Counted from the stretch's first letter, positions 1-9,433 are shown. The stretch: DNA of 64,000 bases from Ferruginibacter sp. (GCA_014379905.1 JACMKX010000157.1:19983-83982), one strand, 5' to 3'. Program-made: numbers and translations. Notes: generated from the sequence alone by a model not told the origin.

Positions 1-43
1 GCAAAGCCAGGCACTCTATTTAAACACAAAATATCATTTAATA

Positions 44-904
44 CTAAGGTGTAGGTGCTGCAGGTAGCGTAGTGTTCACTATCCTCCATATTGAACCTAC
101 AGGTTGTGAAGGTGGAACGGTAATTCCTTTGTTGGAACCAGGGGTCATATTATCTGCTCCAAAATAATAGAGCGGCCAACCGTTGAAAGTGAGTTGTTTT
201 CTGCCAAAAACATCCATCACAACAAAAAGTGTTTTATTTAATGTAGATGGTACCACAATAGTTGGTTGTTCGTATACCGGCCAGATCGCATTGTTGCTAA
301 AATCAGCCAGCGTAAAGTTGTTGTTGAGCGCACTGTCACGGCTTATCGAATACAGTGTGATGCCTTTTGCATCTGTAAAATAAATGCTGCGGCCATCACC
401 TGGTGTATAATTACCTAAATAGTTGACAGCATTGGCACCGGTCAATTGATGGTTGGCTATCATAATAGTATAATCCGGTTTTGCCACAAACCATACGCCA
501 CCAATGCCCTCACCGCTGGTTTGCCCTATGGCTTCCTGTACATTGGCCGGTGTATAATAATACATAGGCCAGCCTTTGTATGCCAGCTGCCGGGTGCCTG
601 GTACAATGGTAAAATCTGCAGCTGTTAAACCTGCATCATAGAGCCCGGAAGTACTATCCACGCTCAGGGGTTTCCAGTTAGTGAAGCAACCGCCGGTACA
701 GTTGGATTGCCCGTTTGCATCATTGGCAAAAAAATACAATGTTCTTCCTTTTTTATCAACGATATACCTGCCCAGTGCCACGCTTGAATCAAGGTGCAGG
801 TTATTGGTTGCTGGGTTACCAGGAGGATCATCATCTTTCTCGCAGGAGGTAAACGTTAGCGATAGCATTGCAAAAGCCAGCGCACTGAATAAGGTATTTT
901 TCAT
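44..904 (-). CDS. Secreted lipoprotein with repeated Yx(F/W/Y)xxD motifs (COG4315 / PF03640-like)
   Basis: 286-aa ORF with lipoprotein signal MKNTLFSALAFAMLSLTFTSC. Repeated motifs LYFFANDANG..CTGGC..W, PMYYYTPAN, IYFTDAKG and PLYYFGADN are typical of this secreted-repeat lipoprotein family. Confidence 0.7.
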   Translation of the reverse strand: MKNTLFSALAFAMLSLTFTSCEKDDDPPGNPATNNLHLDSSVALGRYIVDKKGRTLYFFANDANGQSNCTGGCFTNWKPLSVDSTSGLYDAGLTAADFTIVPGTRQLAYKGWPMYYYTPANVQEAIGQTSGEGIGGVWFVAKPDYTIMIANHQLTGANAVNYLGNYTPGDGRSIYFTDAKGITLYSISRDSALNNNFTLADFSNNAIWPVYEQPTIVVPSTLNKTLFVVMDVFGRKQLTFNGWPLYYFGADNMTPGSNKGITVPPSQPVGSIWRIVNTTLPAAPTP

Positions 905-1093
905 AAATTAGTTTTTAATTGACACAGTCATCAGTTTAACGAGCCTGTATCTATTTCATGTAATAAGACTACAGCAAGAGGAACGAACGTAGCGGAGGAA
1001 TGGTTGCCTTTATTGATAAACTTAACCGTGATATTTGCTCATGATTTAAAAAAAATTCCGGCGGTTCAATCCCCTCCCTCCTAACTTTACGGG

Positions 1094-2014
1094 ATGAATG
1101 AAACCCGCTGGCTAAATACCCCGCTCCTTGAATGGGTATTTTACGGCAATTTTTTTTATGGCATCTGCGCTGTAGCCCAGTCAATGGAAGCTACGCTGCA
1201 ACAGCGTTTCCTTTTGAGTGGCTTTTCTTATTACGGTTTGATATTTTTAGCTACCGTTCTTTATTATAACTATCCCTATGCAAGGAAACATAACACAGCA
1301 GGCAATAATCCACGTACCGCCTGGTATATACGCCATTATCGTTTTATGTTTTGGAACCAGGTTATTATCACCCTTATTCTTTTCATTGCCGGCTCATTAT
1401 TTTTATATGAGCAACACTCACTCTTTGAAAATATAGATGCTAGGCAGTGGTTGCTCCTGCTGCTTTTTCCTGCTGTAGCCGGGTTGTACTATGGGCTCAA
1501 TGTACTTTCCGGCAAATACAACCTGCGGAGTATAGGGTGGCTTAAACCATTTATCATCGGGTTTACCTGGAGTGGACTAGTGACCATTTACCCTGTATTG
1601 TGGCAGAACATTCAACACGGCGAACGGTATATTTTTACGTTGATCGGTACTTTATTATTTATAAAGAATGGAATGTTTGTAGCAGTGCTTTGCATTATGT
1701 TCGATATTAAAGATTATGCATCAGACCATAGCAGCAAATTAAACACCTTCGTGGTTAGGTTGGGTTTAAGAAAAACCATCGGGTATATTCTCCTTCCCCT
1801 CCCCCTGCTGGGATTGTTTACTTTTATCACTTATGCGCTTACCCACCAGTTTTCTGCAATGAAAATAGTATTGAATATGGTTCCGTTTGTTTTGCTGCTG
1901 GCAGCCGCTGCTTCTTTGCGAAAAAGAAGATCTATGATGTACTACCATGTTGTTATTGATGGGCTCATGCTGGTAAAAGCCGCGTGTGGCATAACAGCGA
2001 TGTTATTATTTTGA
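1094..2014 (+). CDS. Polytopic membrane protein, weakly UbiA-prenyltransferase-like
   Basis: 306-aa ORF with about 8 hydrophobic segments. FDIKDYASDHSSKLNTFVVRLG resembles the second Asp-rich motif of the UbiA family. No clear first NDxxDxxxD motif is visible, so the family call is tentative. Confidence 0.4.
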   Translation: MNETRWLNTPLLEWVFYGNFFYGICAVAQSMEATLQQRFLLSGFSYYGLIFLATVLYYNYPYARKHNTAGNNPRTAWYIRHYRFMFWNQVIITLILFIAGSLFLYEQHSLFENIDARQWLLLLLFPAVAGLYYGLNVLSGKYNLRSIGWLKPFIIGFTWSGLVTIYPVLWQNIQHGERYIFTLIGTLLFIKNGMFVAVLCIMFDIKDYASDHSSKLNTFVVRLGLRKTIGYILLPLPLLGLFTFITYALTHQFSAMKIVLNMVPFVLLLAAAASLRKRRSMMYYHVVIDGLMLVKAACGITAMLLF

Positions 2015-2105
2015 ATGGAAGTTGCGCCTACAGCCTGTAAAGATTAAATCATTTCTTTATCACTCTTTCCTTCACTATATTTATGCCACTAAACCCAAAT
2101 TTAAA

Positions 2106-2588
2106 ATGGCAACAAAAAAAAACAATTCCAAAAAAACAGAAGACAAATCAACACTAATCAAAATAGCTGAAACCATTGGCACAGTTGCCGGTGAAATAGC
2201 TGTGAAAAAAGATCAGCTGGTTAATGCAGCCAGCGGCGTTATTGATTCTGTAAAAGAAAAAGTTCAGAATTTTACAGGTGCAAAGAAAGCCGCACCTAAA
2301 AAAGCAGTGAAGAAAGCCGCACCTAAAAAAGCAGTGGCCGAAGTTAAAACTGCTGCTAAAAAAAGGGTGGTTAACAAAGTAGCAGCCGCTAAAAAAAGGG
2401 TGAGCAAAGCAGCCAAAAAAGTTGCAAAGAAAGTAGCCCCCGCTAAAAAAGCAGTAGTTAAAGCCGTTAAGAAAGCAGCTAAACCGGTTACAAAAAAAGC
2501 AGCCCCGGTTAAAAAGGCAGTTAAAGCAGTAGTAAAAAAAGCGGTAGCTCCCAAAAAAACGGTGAAGAAAGCGGCTAAGAAAAAATAA
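2106..2588 (+). CDS. Histone H1-like Lys/Ala-rich DNA-binding protein
   Basis: ATG at 2106 (MATKKNNSKK...) inside the 2022..2588 ORF. The C-terminal two thirds is an AKKAV/KKAAP low-complexity repeat, as in bacterial H1/Hc1-like nucleoid proteins. A terminator follows. Confidence 0.75.
   Translation: MATKKNNSKKTEDKSTLIKIAETIGTVAGEIAVKKDQLVNAASGVIDSVKEKVQNFTGAKKAAPKKAVKKAAPKKAVAEVKTAAKKRVVNKVAAAKKRVSKAAKKVAKKVAPAKKAVVKAVKKAAKPVTKKAAPVKKAVKAVVKKAVAPKKTVKKAAKKK
2285..2338 (+). repeat. In-frame 27-bp tandem duplication (KKAAPKKAV x2) inside the H1-like gene
   Basis: gaaagccgcacctaaaaaagcagtgaa is repeated immediately as gaaagccgcacctaaaaaagcagtggc. Confidence 0.85.
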
Positions 2589-2616
2589 GTACGAACGCTT
2601 CCTAAATTATTTTTAT

Positions 2617-2652
2617 AAAATTGCCCAGACCTTTTGGCCGGGCAATTTTATT
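2617..2652 (+). terminator. Rho-independent terminator after the H1-like gene
   Basis: aaaattgccc / gggcaatttt stem with a 13-nt loop, ending in a T-run. Confidence 0.6.
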
Positions 2653-2733
2653 ATGACTTAGGAATAACTCTGCAAAATTTTTGGCAGTGTTATTGTTATT
2701 TTACCTCTATCATTTAATTATAAAACAACGAAC

Positions 2734-3213
2734 ATGAAACAAATCCTTTCACTGGCAGTTATTTCAGCACTTATTTTCTCGTGCAACGAAAATGCCGGCA
2801 AAACAACAGAAGTAGCTTCGGATACCACTACTAAAGCAACTGATACCGGTGTTACCACTACTATTACAACCACCACTACCACCGTATATGCAGCTGCTGA
2901 CGGAGATGTATCTTACAGGGATGGAAAATTGGTAGTATATAAAGATGGCAGTTGGACAACAGCTGATAAAGATGTTACCCTTGATGACGGAACCGTGGTA
3001 ACCGTAAAAGGTGAAGCCAAAGACCGCGACGGAAAAACAGTGGTGATATCTGACGGTCGTGTAGTTACAAAAAAAGGTAACTGGTTCGATAATGCGGGCA
3101 ACACTATCGCCAATGCCTGGGATGATACAAAAGATGCTGTGAAAGAAGGAGCTAAAGAAGTAAAACAGGGGACAAAGAAGGCAGCGGATAAAGTGAAAGA
3201 TGCGGTGAATTAA
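2734..3213 (+). CDS. Hypothetical lipoprotein with Thr-rich linker and DG-T/K-VV repeats
   Basis: 159-aa ORF with signal MKQILSLAVISALIFSC, a poly-T linker (TTTITTTTTT), and repeated DGKLVVYKDG / DDGTVVTVKG / DGKTVVISDGRVV modules. A strong terminator follows. Confidence 0.65.
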   Translation: MKQILSLAVISALIFSCNENAGKTTEVASDTTTKATDTGVTTTITTTTTTVYAAADGDVSYRDGKLVVYKDGSWTTADKDVTLDDGTVVTVKGEAKDRDGKTVVISDGRVVTKKGNWFDNAGNTIANAWDDTKDAVKEGAKEVKQGTKKAADKVKDAVN

Positions 3214-3237
3214 AAATTTTAAGACTTGATGAGTAGA

Positions 3238-3268
3238 ATGCACCCCTTATAACGGGGTGCATTTTTTG
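3238..3268 (+). terminator. Rho-independent terminator
   Basis: atgcacccc-ttataac-ggggtgcat hairpin followed by tttttt. Confidence 0.8.
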
Positions 3269-3407
3269 TTGCATCAATTATTGATTTAATTCGGGCTACT
3301 TTCTACTCACTCACTCCTGCCATCTAATAAAAGGATCGGTCATTTAGTAGATGGAACGCATTCCAATTATTATTTTGTTCAACCTTACAGGATAAAATAA
3401 TAGTTCC

Positions 3408-3848
3408 ATGAAAAAGTTCTACTTGTTGCCGGTATTTTTCTTTTGCCTTTGCAATATTTCCCTGTCACAAAATAATGTAGCCATTAATGATGATGGCTCC
3501 ATACCCTTAACATGGACCCATGGCACAGGAATTCAATGCTGCATTTGGTAAAGACGCTTATGGCTATTTTGGAAATGATACAACCATTTCGCAGGGAGAT
3601 ATGGATGGGGTGATAATGATCCTCTTAAAAGAACTGGAAGCCAGCACCCATTCACAAAAAACAGAACTGGCTGCATTAAAAAACAGCATGAATTACCGGC
3701 CGATCAGTTAGCGAATGCCGGTAATATGAAAAAAGAATGGGCTGCCCTGGTTGAAATATTAAATAAAAACGAAGTAACGAAAGGATTACCGGGAAAAATA
3801 AATACGGCGTTACAGACAAAAAAAGAGATGCTGACTAAAAAACAATAA
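3408..3848 (+). pseudogene. Collapsed relic of a tail-fibre-domain (peptidase S74 chaperone-type) secreted protein
   Basis: Signal peptide plus SQNNVAINDDGS N-terminus (47 codons, stop at 3549-3551). A second frame then reads HGPMAQEFNAAFGKDAYGY...DMDGVIMILLKELEA, matching the hallmark IGPMAQ(D/E)F.AAFG...D.DGV of the S74 intramolecular chaperone domain. A third frame segment (3711-3848) is a coiled-coil tail. The whole shaft is missing. Confidence 0.55.
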
Positions 3849-3860
3849 TTTTTATAGAAT

Positions 3861-3897
3861 AAAAAAGGAGCGATGAATGATCGCTCCTTTTGATTTT
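3861..3897. terminator. Bidirectional terminator between the relic and the M1 peptidase
   Basis: aaaaggagcga-tgaatga-tcgctcctttt hairpin with A-run and T-run flanks, between convergent genes. Confidence 0.8.
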
Positions 3898-3907
3898 AAA
3901 TTTTATA

Positions 3908-5860
3908 TTACTGTTTCGTCCAGGTATTGTTCGCTGATTTCATATCAGGAAAAACCTTATCCGGATCTATCACTATTTTTTGAATTTCTTCTGTCGTGCT
4001 GAGGGCAAAGCGCCATAGTTTTTTTGCATGCCATATTTCCACCGGTAATTTTTTTCGCGCTGTTTTGCCACTTACAGTTGTATACTCTACTACAACCGGC
4101 ATGGCCATCCTGCCCAGGTTTTCAATGGTTATTAAAGCACCTTCTTTAGGATCATTTTTATTGTATTCAACTTTTGTCACTGCCTGGTCAAGTTCATAAC
4201 TTTCTATGAACATACCTCTCCAGAACCAGGCAAGGTCTTCTCCTGCACCATTTTCCATGGCACGAAAAAAGTCCCAGGGTGTTGGATGTTTAAAAGCCCA
4301 GTCATGCGTATATTTTTTAAAGGCGTAATCAAACCGATCGGCTCCTAATATTTCATCTCTTAATAAACCCAATGCATAACCGGGTTTGCTGTATAACAGG
4401 GTTCCGATATTTACTTCTTTCATAGCATCCGGAGTATTGAACATGGGCTCTACCTGGTCGCCGTACATCCTGCGCTGGTGCTGGCTTGCTGCAGCTGATG
4501 CATATTCCCCTTTATTAAAATTAATTTCGCTCAGTCCATTTATGAAAGTATTAAAACCTTCATCCATCCATCCATACCTGCGTTCATTGCTTCCTACAAT
4601 CATAGGGTACCATATATGCCCGAACTCATGATCGGTTACCCCCCAGAGGCCGGCCTTTTTTGCACCATACCCGCAAAAAACAATTCCGGGGTATTCCATA
4701 CCGCCAATATTGGTAGCTACATTTACCGCAGAATAATAAGGATAAGGAAACCATTTACCGGAATAATATTCGATGGTTGTTTTGGTATATTCCGTTGAAC
4801 GGCCCCAGGCATCATTGCCATCAGACTCTACAGGATACAGCGACATGGCCAATCCTTTTTTACCATCCGGCAAATTCATCCTGGCAGCATCCCATATAAA
4901 TGCTTTTGAAGCAGCCCAGGCAAAATCTCTTGAACTTTTGATCAGGTACTTCCATGTTAAAGAAGTTTTTGCAGGGCGTGAAGCTGCATTGGTTATATCC
5001 GCCGCACTACGAATAATAACCGTGGCATCACTTTGTTTTGCTTTATTGTATTGCTGCAATTGCGCTGCAGTCATTACTTCCTGCGGATTTAATAACTCAC
5101 CGGAAGCGCCAACGATCATATTTGCCGGCACCGTAATATTCACTTTAAAATCACCATACTCCAGGTAAAATTCGCTGGCACCCAAATAAGGATCACTGTT
5201 CCAGCCACGCACATCATCATACACACACATTCGTGGATACCATTGTGCAATAGCGTATACATCGCCGTTCTTTGTTGCCAGTATACCTGTTCTGTCTGCA
5301 CCATATTGTGGCACGGTATAACTGTATTCAATTTTAAATTTTAATTTCCCCTTATGTGCAGCTATATTCTCTGCCAGTCGTATCTGCATTCTTGTATCAT
5401 CAATAATATAGCTGGCATTGGTTTCTTTACCTGCTGCATTTACCAGCTTTACTGATTTTATTTTATAACCACCATCAAACGTGCTTTTGGCATCGCCATA
5501 ACGGCTGCGGCCGGTTGCAGGCATTTTTGCCTGGCCCCGGGAGTTTTTTGCAAAAAGGTTCTGATCTAACTGCAGCCACAAAAAATTCAGTGATTGCGGG
5601 CTGTTATTAGAGTAATCTATCGTAACTAACCCGCTTACTTCACTCTTTGTATCATCCAGTTTTACATCAATCTGGTAGTCTGCACGGTTCTGCCAGTAAG
5701 CCGCTCCCGGCTCACCACTTGCGGCCCGGTATTCATTGCCGTTGTAGGTATAAAATAAAGGAGAAAAAAGTTTGAAGGGATCAAACCTCGATGTACTGTC
5801 TTGTGCCGATACTATTGTTGTTGCCAAAAACAAAACGGGTAATAGTAATAATTTTTTCAT
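3908..5860 (-). CDS. M1-family zinc metallopeptidase (aminopeptidase N-like), secreted
   Basis: 650 aa with signal [49 protein letters not shown] supplies HExxH plus the downstream Glu of gluzincin M1 peptidases. Confidence 0.9.
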   Translation of the reverse strand: MKKLLLLPVLFLATTIVSAQDSTSRFDPFKLFSPLFYTYNGNEYRAASGEPGAAYWQNRADYQIDVKLDDTKSEVSGLVTIDYSNNSPQSLNFLWLQLDQNLFAKNSRGQAKMPATGRSRYGDAKSTFDGGYKIKSVKLVNAAGKETNASYIIDDTRMQIRLAENIAAHKGKLKFKIEYSYTVPQYGADRTGILATKNGDVYAIAQWYPRMCVYDDVRGWNSDPYLGASEFYLEYGDFKVNITVPANMIVGASGELLNPQEVMTAAQLQQYNKAKQSDATVIIRSAADITNAASRPAKTSLTWKYLIKSSRDFAWAASKAFIWDAARMNLPDGKKGLAMSLYPVESDGNDAWGRSTEYTKTTIEYYSGKWFPYPYYSAVNVATNIGGMEYPGIVFCGYGAKKAGLWGVTDHEFGHIWYPMIVGSNERRYGWMDEGFNTFINGLSEINFNKGEYASAAASQHQRRMYGDQVEPMFNTPDAMKEVNIGTLLYSKPGYALGLLRDEILGADRFDYAFKKYTHDWAFKHPTPWDFFRAMENGAGEDLAWFWRGMFIESYELDQAVTKVEYNKNDPKEGALITIENLGRMAMPVVVEYTTVSGKTARKKLPVEIWHAKKLWRFALSTTEEIQKIVIDPDKVFPDMKSANNTWTKQ

Positions 5861-6192
5861 TTGTTGATTTGTTTAAAATTGAACCGGGCTGCTAAAGTTA
5901 TGAATGTATGCAAATACAACACAATGTTATTTCATTAATAGTATGAACGCAAGTATGCTTACTTATGTGGTAAGCAGCCAAATTAATTGGATTATTTTTA
6001 TAGGTGACATTTAGTTGGGCACATCATTATTACCCTTAAAAAAAATTGTACTTTATTAATCAAACCCCTCACAAATGACCGGCAGTTTGCCCGCTGATAT
6101 CCGGAAAGATATAGAAACGGATATGTGGTAAGGGATGAAATCTGTGTTGGATTGAAATGAGGTGACGAACGGCAACCTAAGACAATAGCAAC

Positions 6193-6624
6193 TTAAAAGA
6201 CAGGAAAAACTTCAATGGCCGCTAAAACCCCACTTTCATTTTTAAAACCATAACAGGTAGATCCATTGGTGATGATAAAAAAGCTTGCTTGCAAATGCTG
6301 GTTGTATCGAATTACCTGGTCTAACGTTTTTTGTGTAATGGGTACATTCATTTCCTTGCATTCGAGTAACATGAATGGCTTTTCATTTTTATAAACAACG
6401 ATGTCAAATCTTTTATGAAGATCGCCTACTACTATTTTTTTTTCAACTGCAATCAGGGAAGCAGGGTATTGCAGGGATTGGGTGAGGTATAATAGCGTAT
6501 TTTGTCTTACCCATTCTTCCGGTGTGAGCTGCATCCATTTTTTTCGAATCATACAAAAGATGAATTCTTTTTCTCCTGTTGTTTTAATAGCCGGTTTTTT
6601 ATCGGGGTAGATAATTTTGATCAT
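6193..6624 (-). CDS. Stand-alone HsdR N-terminal-like PD-(D/E)xK domain protein
   Basis: 143 aa. EEWVRQN...RFDIVVYKNEKPFMLLECK gives a D...ExK nuclease-fold motif, as in PF13588-type small proteins. No HsdM or HsdS gene is nearby. Confidence 0.7.
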   Translation of the reverse strand: MIKIIYPDKKPAIKTTGEKEFIFCMIRKKWMQLTPEEWVRQNTLLYLTQSLQYPASLIAVEKKIVVGDLHKRFDIVVYKNEKPFMLLECKEMNVPITQKTLDQVIRYNQHLQASFFIITNGSTCYGFKNESGVLAAIEVFPVF

Positions 6625-6740
6625 CCCGCAAATTAATGTATATAAAAGAAGAAGCTTAAAAGCAAAATAAGCTGATCTTGCTTTTCAGCTTTTGTTATTA
6701 CTGATTATTGATTATTAAACAAATTATTAATCAAGTTGTT

Positions 6741-6760
6741 AGCCGGTGGAAGCCGGTGAA
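6741..6760. repeat. 10-bp tandem stutter (agccggtgga agccggtgaa)
   Basis: Direct tandem copies in the spacer upstream of the AMP nucleosidase gene. Neighbouring words attactgattattgattatt and the aagcttaaaagcaa/ttgcttttcagctt inverted repeat lie at 6651-6730. Confidence 0.7.
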
Positions 6761-6883
6761 TATCAGAATATGCCAGGATGAGGCTTGCATAGTTGCTTTA
6801 AAATTCACATTAGCCTTCTATGCGAAGTCTGCAAAAGACCATCAAATTTCTTTTTAGTAATTTCATGTTTATAAAAAAAAGGA

Positions 6884-7654
6884 ATGAAGACAAAAAGCGA
6901 TATCGTAGAAAACTGGTTACCCAGGTATACAGGCGAAAAACTAGGTAATTTTGGAGAATATATTCTCCTCACCAACTTCTCCAACTACGTGACCATGTTT
7001 GCCGTATGGAATAATGTGGAAGTAGTGGGTAAAGACAGGCCGATGCAATGTGCCACGGCACAAAACATTACCATCATAAATTTTGGTATGGGTAGCCCTG
7101 GTGCTGCAACCGTAATGGACCTGCTTACTGCCATCAAACCAAAGGCAGTATTGTTTTTGGGTAAATGTGGTGGTCTTAAAAAAAGAAACAAGATCGGCGA
7201 TCTTATTTTACCGATAGCTGCCATAAGAGGAGAAGGTACCAGTAATGATTACCTGCCTGCAGAAGTGCCGGCATTACCTGCCTTCGCATTGCAGAAAGCC
7301 ATTAGTACCACTATAAGAGATTATGAAGTAGATTACTGGACAGGAGTTTGCTACACTACCAACCGCCGGGTTTGGGAACATGACGAAGTATTTAAAGAAT
7401 ACCTGCAAAAGATAAGGGCTTATGCTATCGACATGGAAACCGCTACTATTTTTACTGTAGGTTTTTACAATAAAATTCCTACCGGTGCATTGCTACTGGT
7501 AAGTGATTCACCGATGATTCCCGAAGGTGTAAAAACGGAAGAGAGCGATAAAAATGTTACGTCACAGTTTGTAGAAAATCATTTGAAGATTGGCATTGAC
7601 TCATTGAAACAATTGATCAATGAAGGGCAAACGGTGCGGCACCTTAAATTCTAA
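6884..7654 (+). CDS. amn: AMP nucleosidase (short form, PNP_UDP_1 fold)
   Basis: 256 aa. N-terminus MKTKSDIVENWLPRYTG...ILLTNF..YV and the GKCGGL / DMETATIF nucleoside-phosphorylase-fold motifs match short bacteroidetal AMP nucleosidases. Confidence 0.75.
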   Translation: MKTKSDIVENWLPRYTGEKLGNFGEYILLTNFSNYVTMFAVWNNVEVVGKDRPMQCATAQNITIINFGMGSPGAATVMDLLTAIKPKAVLFLGKCGGLKKRNKIGDLILPIAAIRGEGTSNDYLPAEVPALPAFALQKAISTTIRDYEVDYWTGVCYTTNRRVWEHDEVFKEYLQKIRAYAIDMETATIFTVGFYNKIPTGALLLVSDSPMIPEGVKTEESDKNVTSQFVENHLKIGIDSLKQLINEGQTVRHLKF

Positions 7655-7663
7655 ATAATTTAA

Positions 7664-7725
7664 CGAATTTTAAAAGCGAATTTCACGAATTAGAACATTG
7701 AACTTTGAACCTTTGAACGTTTGAC
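7664..7725. repeat. Stutter repeat module (CGAATT words followed by TTGAAC words)
   Basis: cgaattttaaaagcgaatttcacgaatt then agaacattgaactttgaacctttgaacgtttgac. It fills the 73-bp spacer up to 2 nt before the ABC gene start. Confidence 0.85.
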
Positions 7726-7727
7726 TA

Positions 7728-9419
7728 TTGGCAAATGAATCTCCTTTACTGCAGGTAATAAACCTCTCCATCGGCTTTGAGCAGGATGGGCAGTTGGTGC
7801 AGGTTGTAAAAGGGATTTCATTTACTGCAAAAAAAGGCAAACTAACCGCCATTGTGGGTGAAAGCGGTTCAGGCAAATCAGTTACTTCGCTGGCTGTTTT
7901 GCAACTATTGCCAAAGCAGGCGGTAATAACGGGTGAGATAATTTTTAACAACGGATCACCGGTTGATCTTTTGAAAGCAAATCAACAAGCTATACGCTCT
8001 ATTCGTGGCAATGATATTGCCATGATCTTCCAGGAGCCAATGACGGCCCTCAATCCTGTTTTTACCTGCGGCCACCAGGTAATGGAAAGTCTGCAATTGC
8101 ATAAAAAATTAAGCGGGTCAGCTGCCAGGCAGGCCACTATCAAATTATTTGAAGAAGTAGAACTGCCTGATCCTGCGGGTATGCTTACCCGTTACCCCCA
8201 CGAGATAAGCGGCGGGCAAAAACAACGGGTGATGATCGCCATGGCCGTGAGTTGTAATCCTGCTTTATTGATTGCAGACGAACCCACCACGGCTTTAGAT
8301 GTAAGGGTTCAGCAAAATATATTACAACTCATTAAAAAATTACAGCAGCCCGGGAGCGCAGGTGGAAACAATGGTATGGGCGTGCTTTTTATTACCCATG
8401 ATCTTGGCCTGGTAAAAGCGGTAGCTGATGAAGTAATCGTAATGCAACACGGTATTATTGTGGAACAGGGCAATACAGCAGCCGTACTCAATAATCCCCA
8501 ACATCCCTACACACAGGCATTGCTCGCCTGCAAACCAGGCAAAAACAGTAAAGGAAAAAGACTGGCAGTGGTGAGTGACTTTTTAAATCCAGCAAAAGAG
8601 AAGACTGCACAACCTGCCTGGAATAACGAACCGGGCGAAAAAACAATATTAAGTGTAAAGAAGCTGGAAGTTTATTTTCCTGCTGCCAGCAATATTTTCG
8701 GCAAAACAACAGCGTGGTTTAAGGCCGTTGATGGGGTGAGTTTTGATGTAAAGGAAAAAGAAACACTGGGACTGGTAGGAGAAAGCGGTTGCGGAAAAAC
8801 AACTTTAGGGAGGGCCATTTTACAATTAATAAAACCAACCGCCGGGCAAATATTACTCAATGGAGCAGACATTAGTTCATTACCTGCGCGGGTTTTGAGA
8901 GAAGCAAGGAAAGACCTGCAGATCGTTTTCCAGGATCCTTACGGCTCGCTGAATCCACGCATCAGCATCGGCGAAGCCATACTGGAACCATTAAAAGTGC
9001 ATGCGCTTCAAAACAATTATAAACAACGCAGGGAAAAAGTAACCCAACTCCTGGAAAAAGTTAATCTCCAGGCTGATCATTTTAACCGCTATCCGCACCA
9101 GTTTAGCGGCGGACAAAGACAACGAATTTGTATAGCCCGGGCGTTGGCACTGGAGCCCTCTTTTTTAATTTTTGATGAAAGTGTTTCGGCACTGGATGTA
9201 AGTGTGCAGGCACAGGTGCTCAATCTAATCAACGACCTGAAAGAGCAATACAGCTTTACTTCCATCTTTATTTCACACGATCTTTCCGTGGTGCATTATA
9301 TCAGCGACCGCATATTGGTGATGAACCAAGGAAAGATCATAGAACAGGGTTCTGCCAACGATATCATATTCAACCCTCAACAAGAGTATACCCAACAACT
9401 GATAGCTGCTATTCCTTAG
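7728..9419 (+). CDS. ABC transporter ATP-binding protein with two fused ATPase domains (DppD/F, YejF-like)
   Basis: 563 aa with two Walker A sites (GESGSGKS, GESGCGKT), two signatures (ISGGQKQR, FSGGQRQR), and oligopeptide-type C-terminal tails (HPYTQALL, QEYTQQLI). Confidence 0.9.
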   Translation: MANESPLLQVINLSIGFEQDGQLVQVVKGISFTAKKGKLTAIVGESGSGKSVTSLAVLQLLPKQAVITGEIIFNNGSPVDLLKANQQAIRSIRGNDIAMIFQEPMTALNPVFTCGHQVMESLQLHKKLSGSAARQATIKLFEEVELPDPAGMLTRYPHEISGGQKQRVMIAMAVSCNPALLIADEPTTALDVRVQQNILQLIKKLQQPGSAGGNNGMGVLFITHDLGLVKAVADEVIVMQHGIIVEQGNTAAVLNNPQHPYTQALLACKPGKNSKGKRLAVVSDFLNPAKEKTAQPAWNNEPGEKTILSVKKLEVYFPAASNIFGKTTAWFKAVDGVSFDVKEKETLGLVGESGCGKTTLGRAILQLIKPTAGQILLNGADISSLPARVLREARKDLQIVFQDPYGSLNPRISIGEAILEPLKVHALQNNYKQRREKVTQLLEKVNLQADHFNRYPHQFSGGQRQRICIARALALEPSFLIFDESVSALDVSVQAQVLNLINDLKEQYSFTSIFISHDLSVVHYISDRILVMNQGKIIEQGSANDIIFNPQQEYTQQLIAAIP

Positions 9420-9433
9420 AGAAAAAATGGCTG

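Noticed and set aside
993-1086. tRNA-like T-arm sequence ggcggttcaatcccctc upstream of the 1094 ORF
   Set aside because: The T-stem has a mismatch and no matching acceptor stem, D-arm or anticodon arm can be drawn. An A8 run would lie inside the putative tRNA. At most it is a tRNA 3'-end relic.
2264-3243. Antisense ORFs 2264..2554 and 2764..3243 (and 2913..3113)
   Set aside because: They mirror the Lys/Ala-rich H1-like gene and the Thr-rich lipoprotein gene. The sense genes have signal peptides, biased but plausible composition, and terminators.
6193-6624. HsdR-N-like ORF as evidence of a type I restriction-modification or other defence island
   Set aside because: No hsdM, hsdS or full hsdR and no other defence-associated genes lie within 10 kb on either side. 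The neighbours are peptidase and nucleotide-salvage genes.
8309-8872. Minus-strand ORFs inside the ABC ATPase gene, and the many 60-146-aa ORFs antisense to queA, lysC, the Ldh-family gene, DPP-IV, the M1 peptidase and the sensor kinase
   Set aside because: Each is fully contained in a longer ORF with strong conserved motifs on the other strand, and none has its own start context or recognisable domain.
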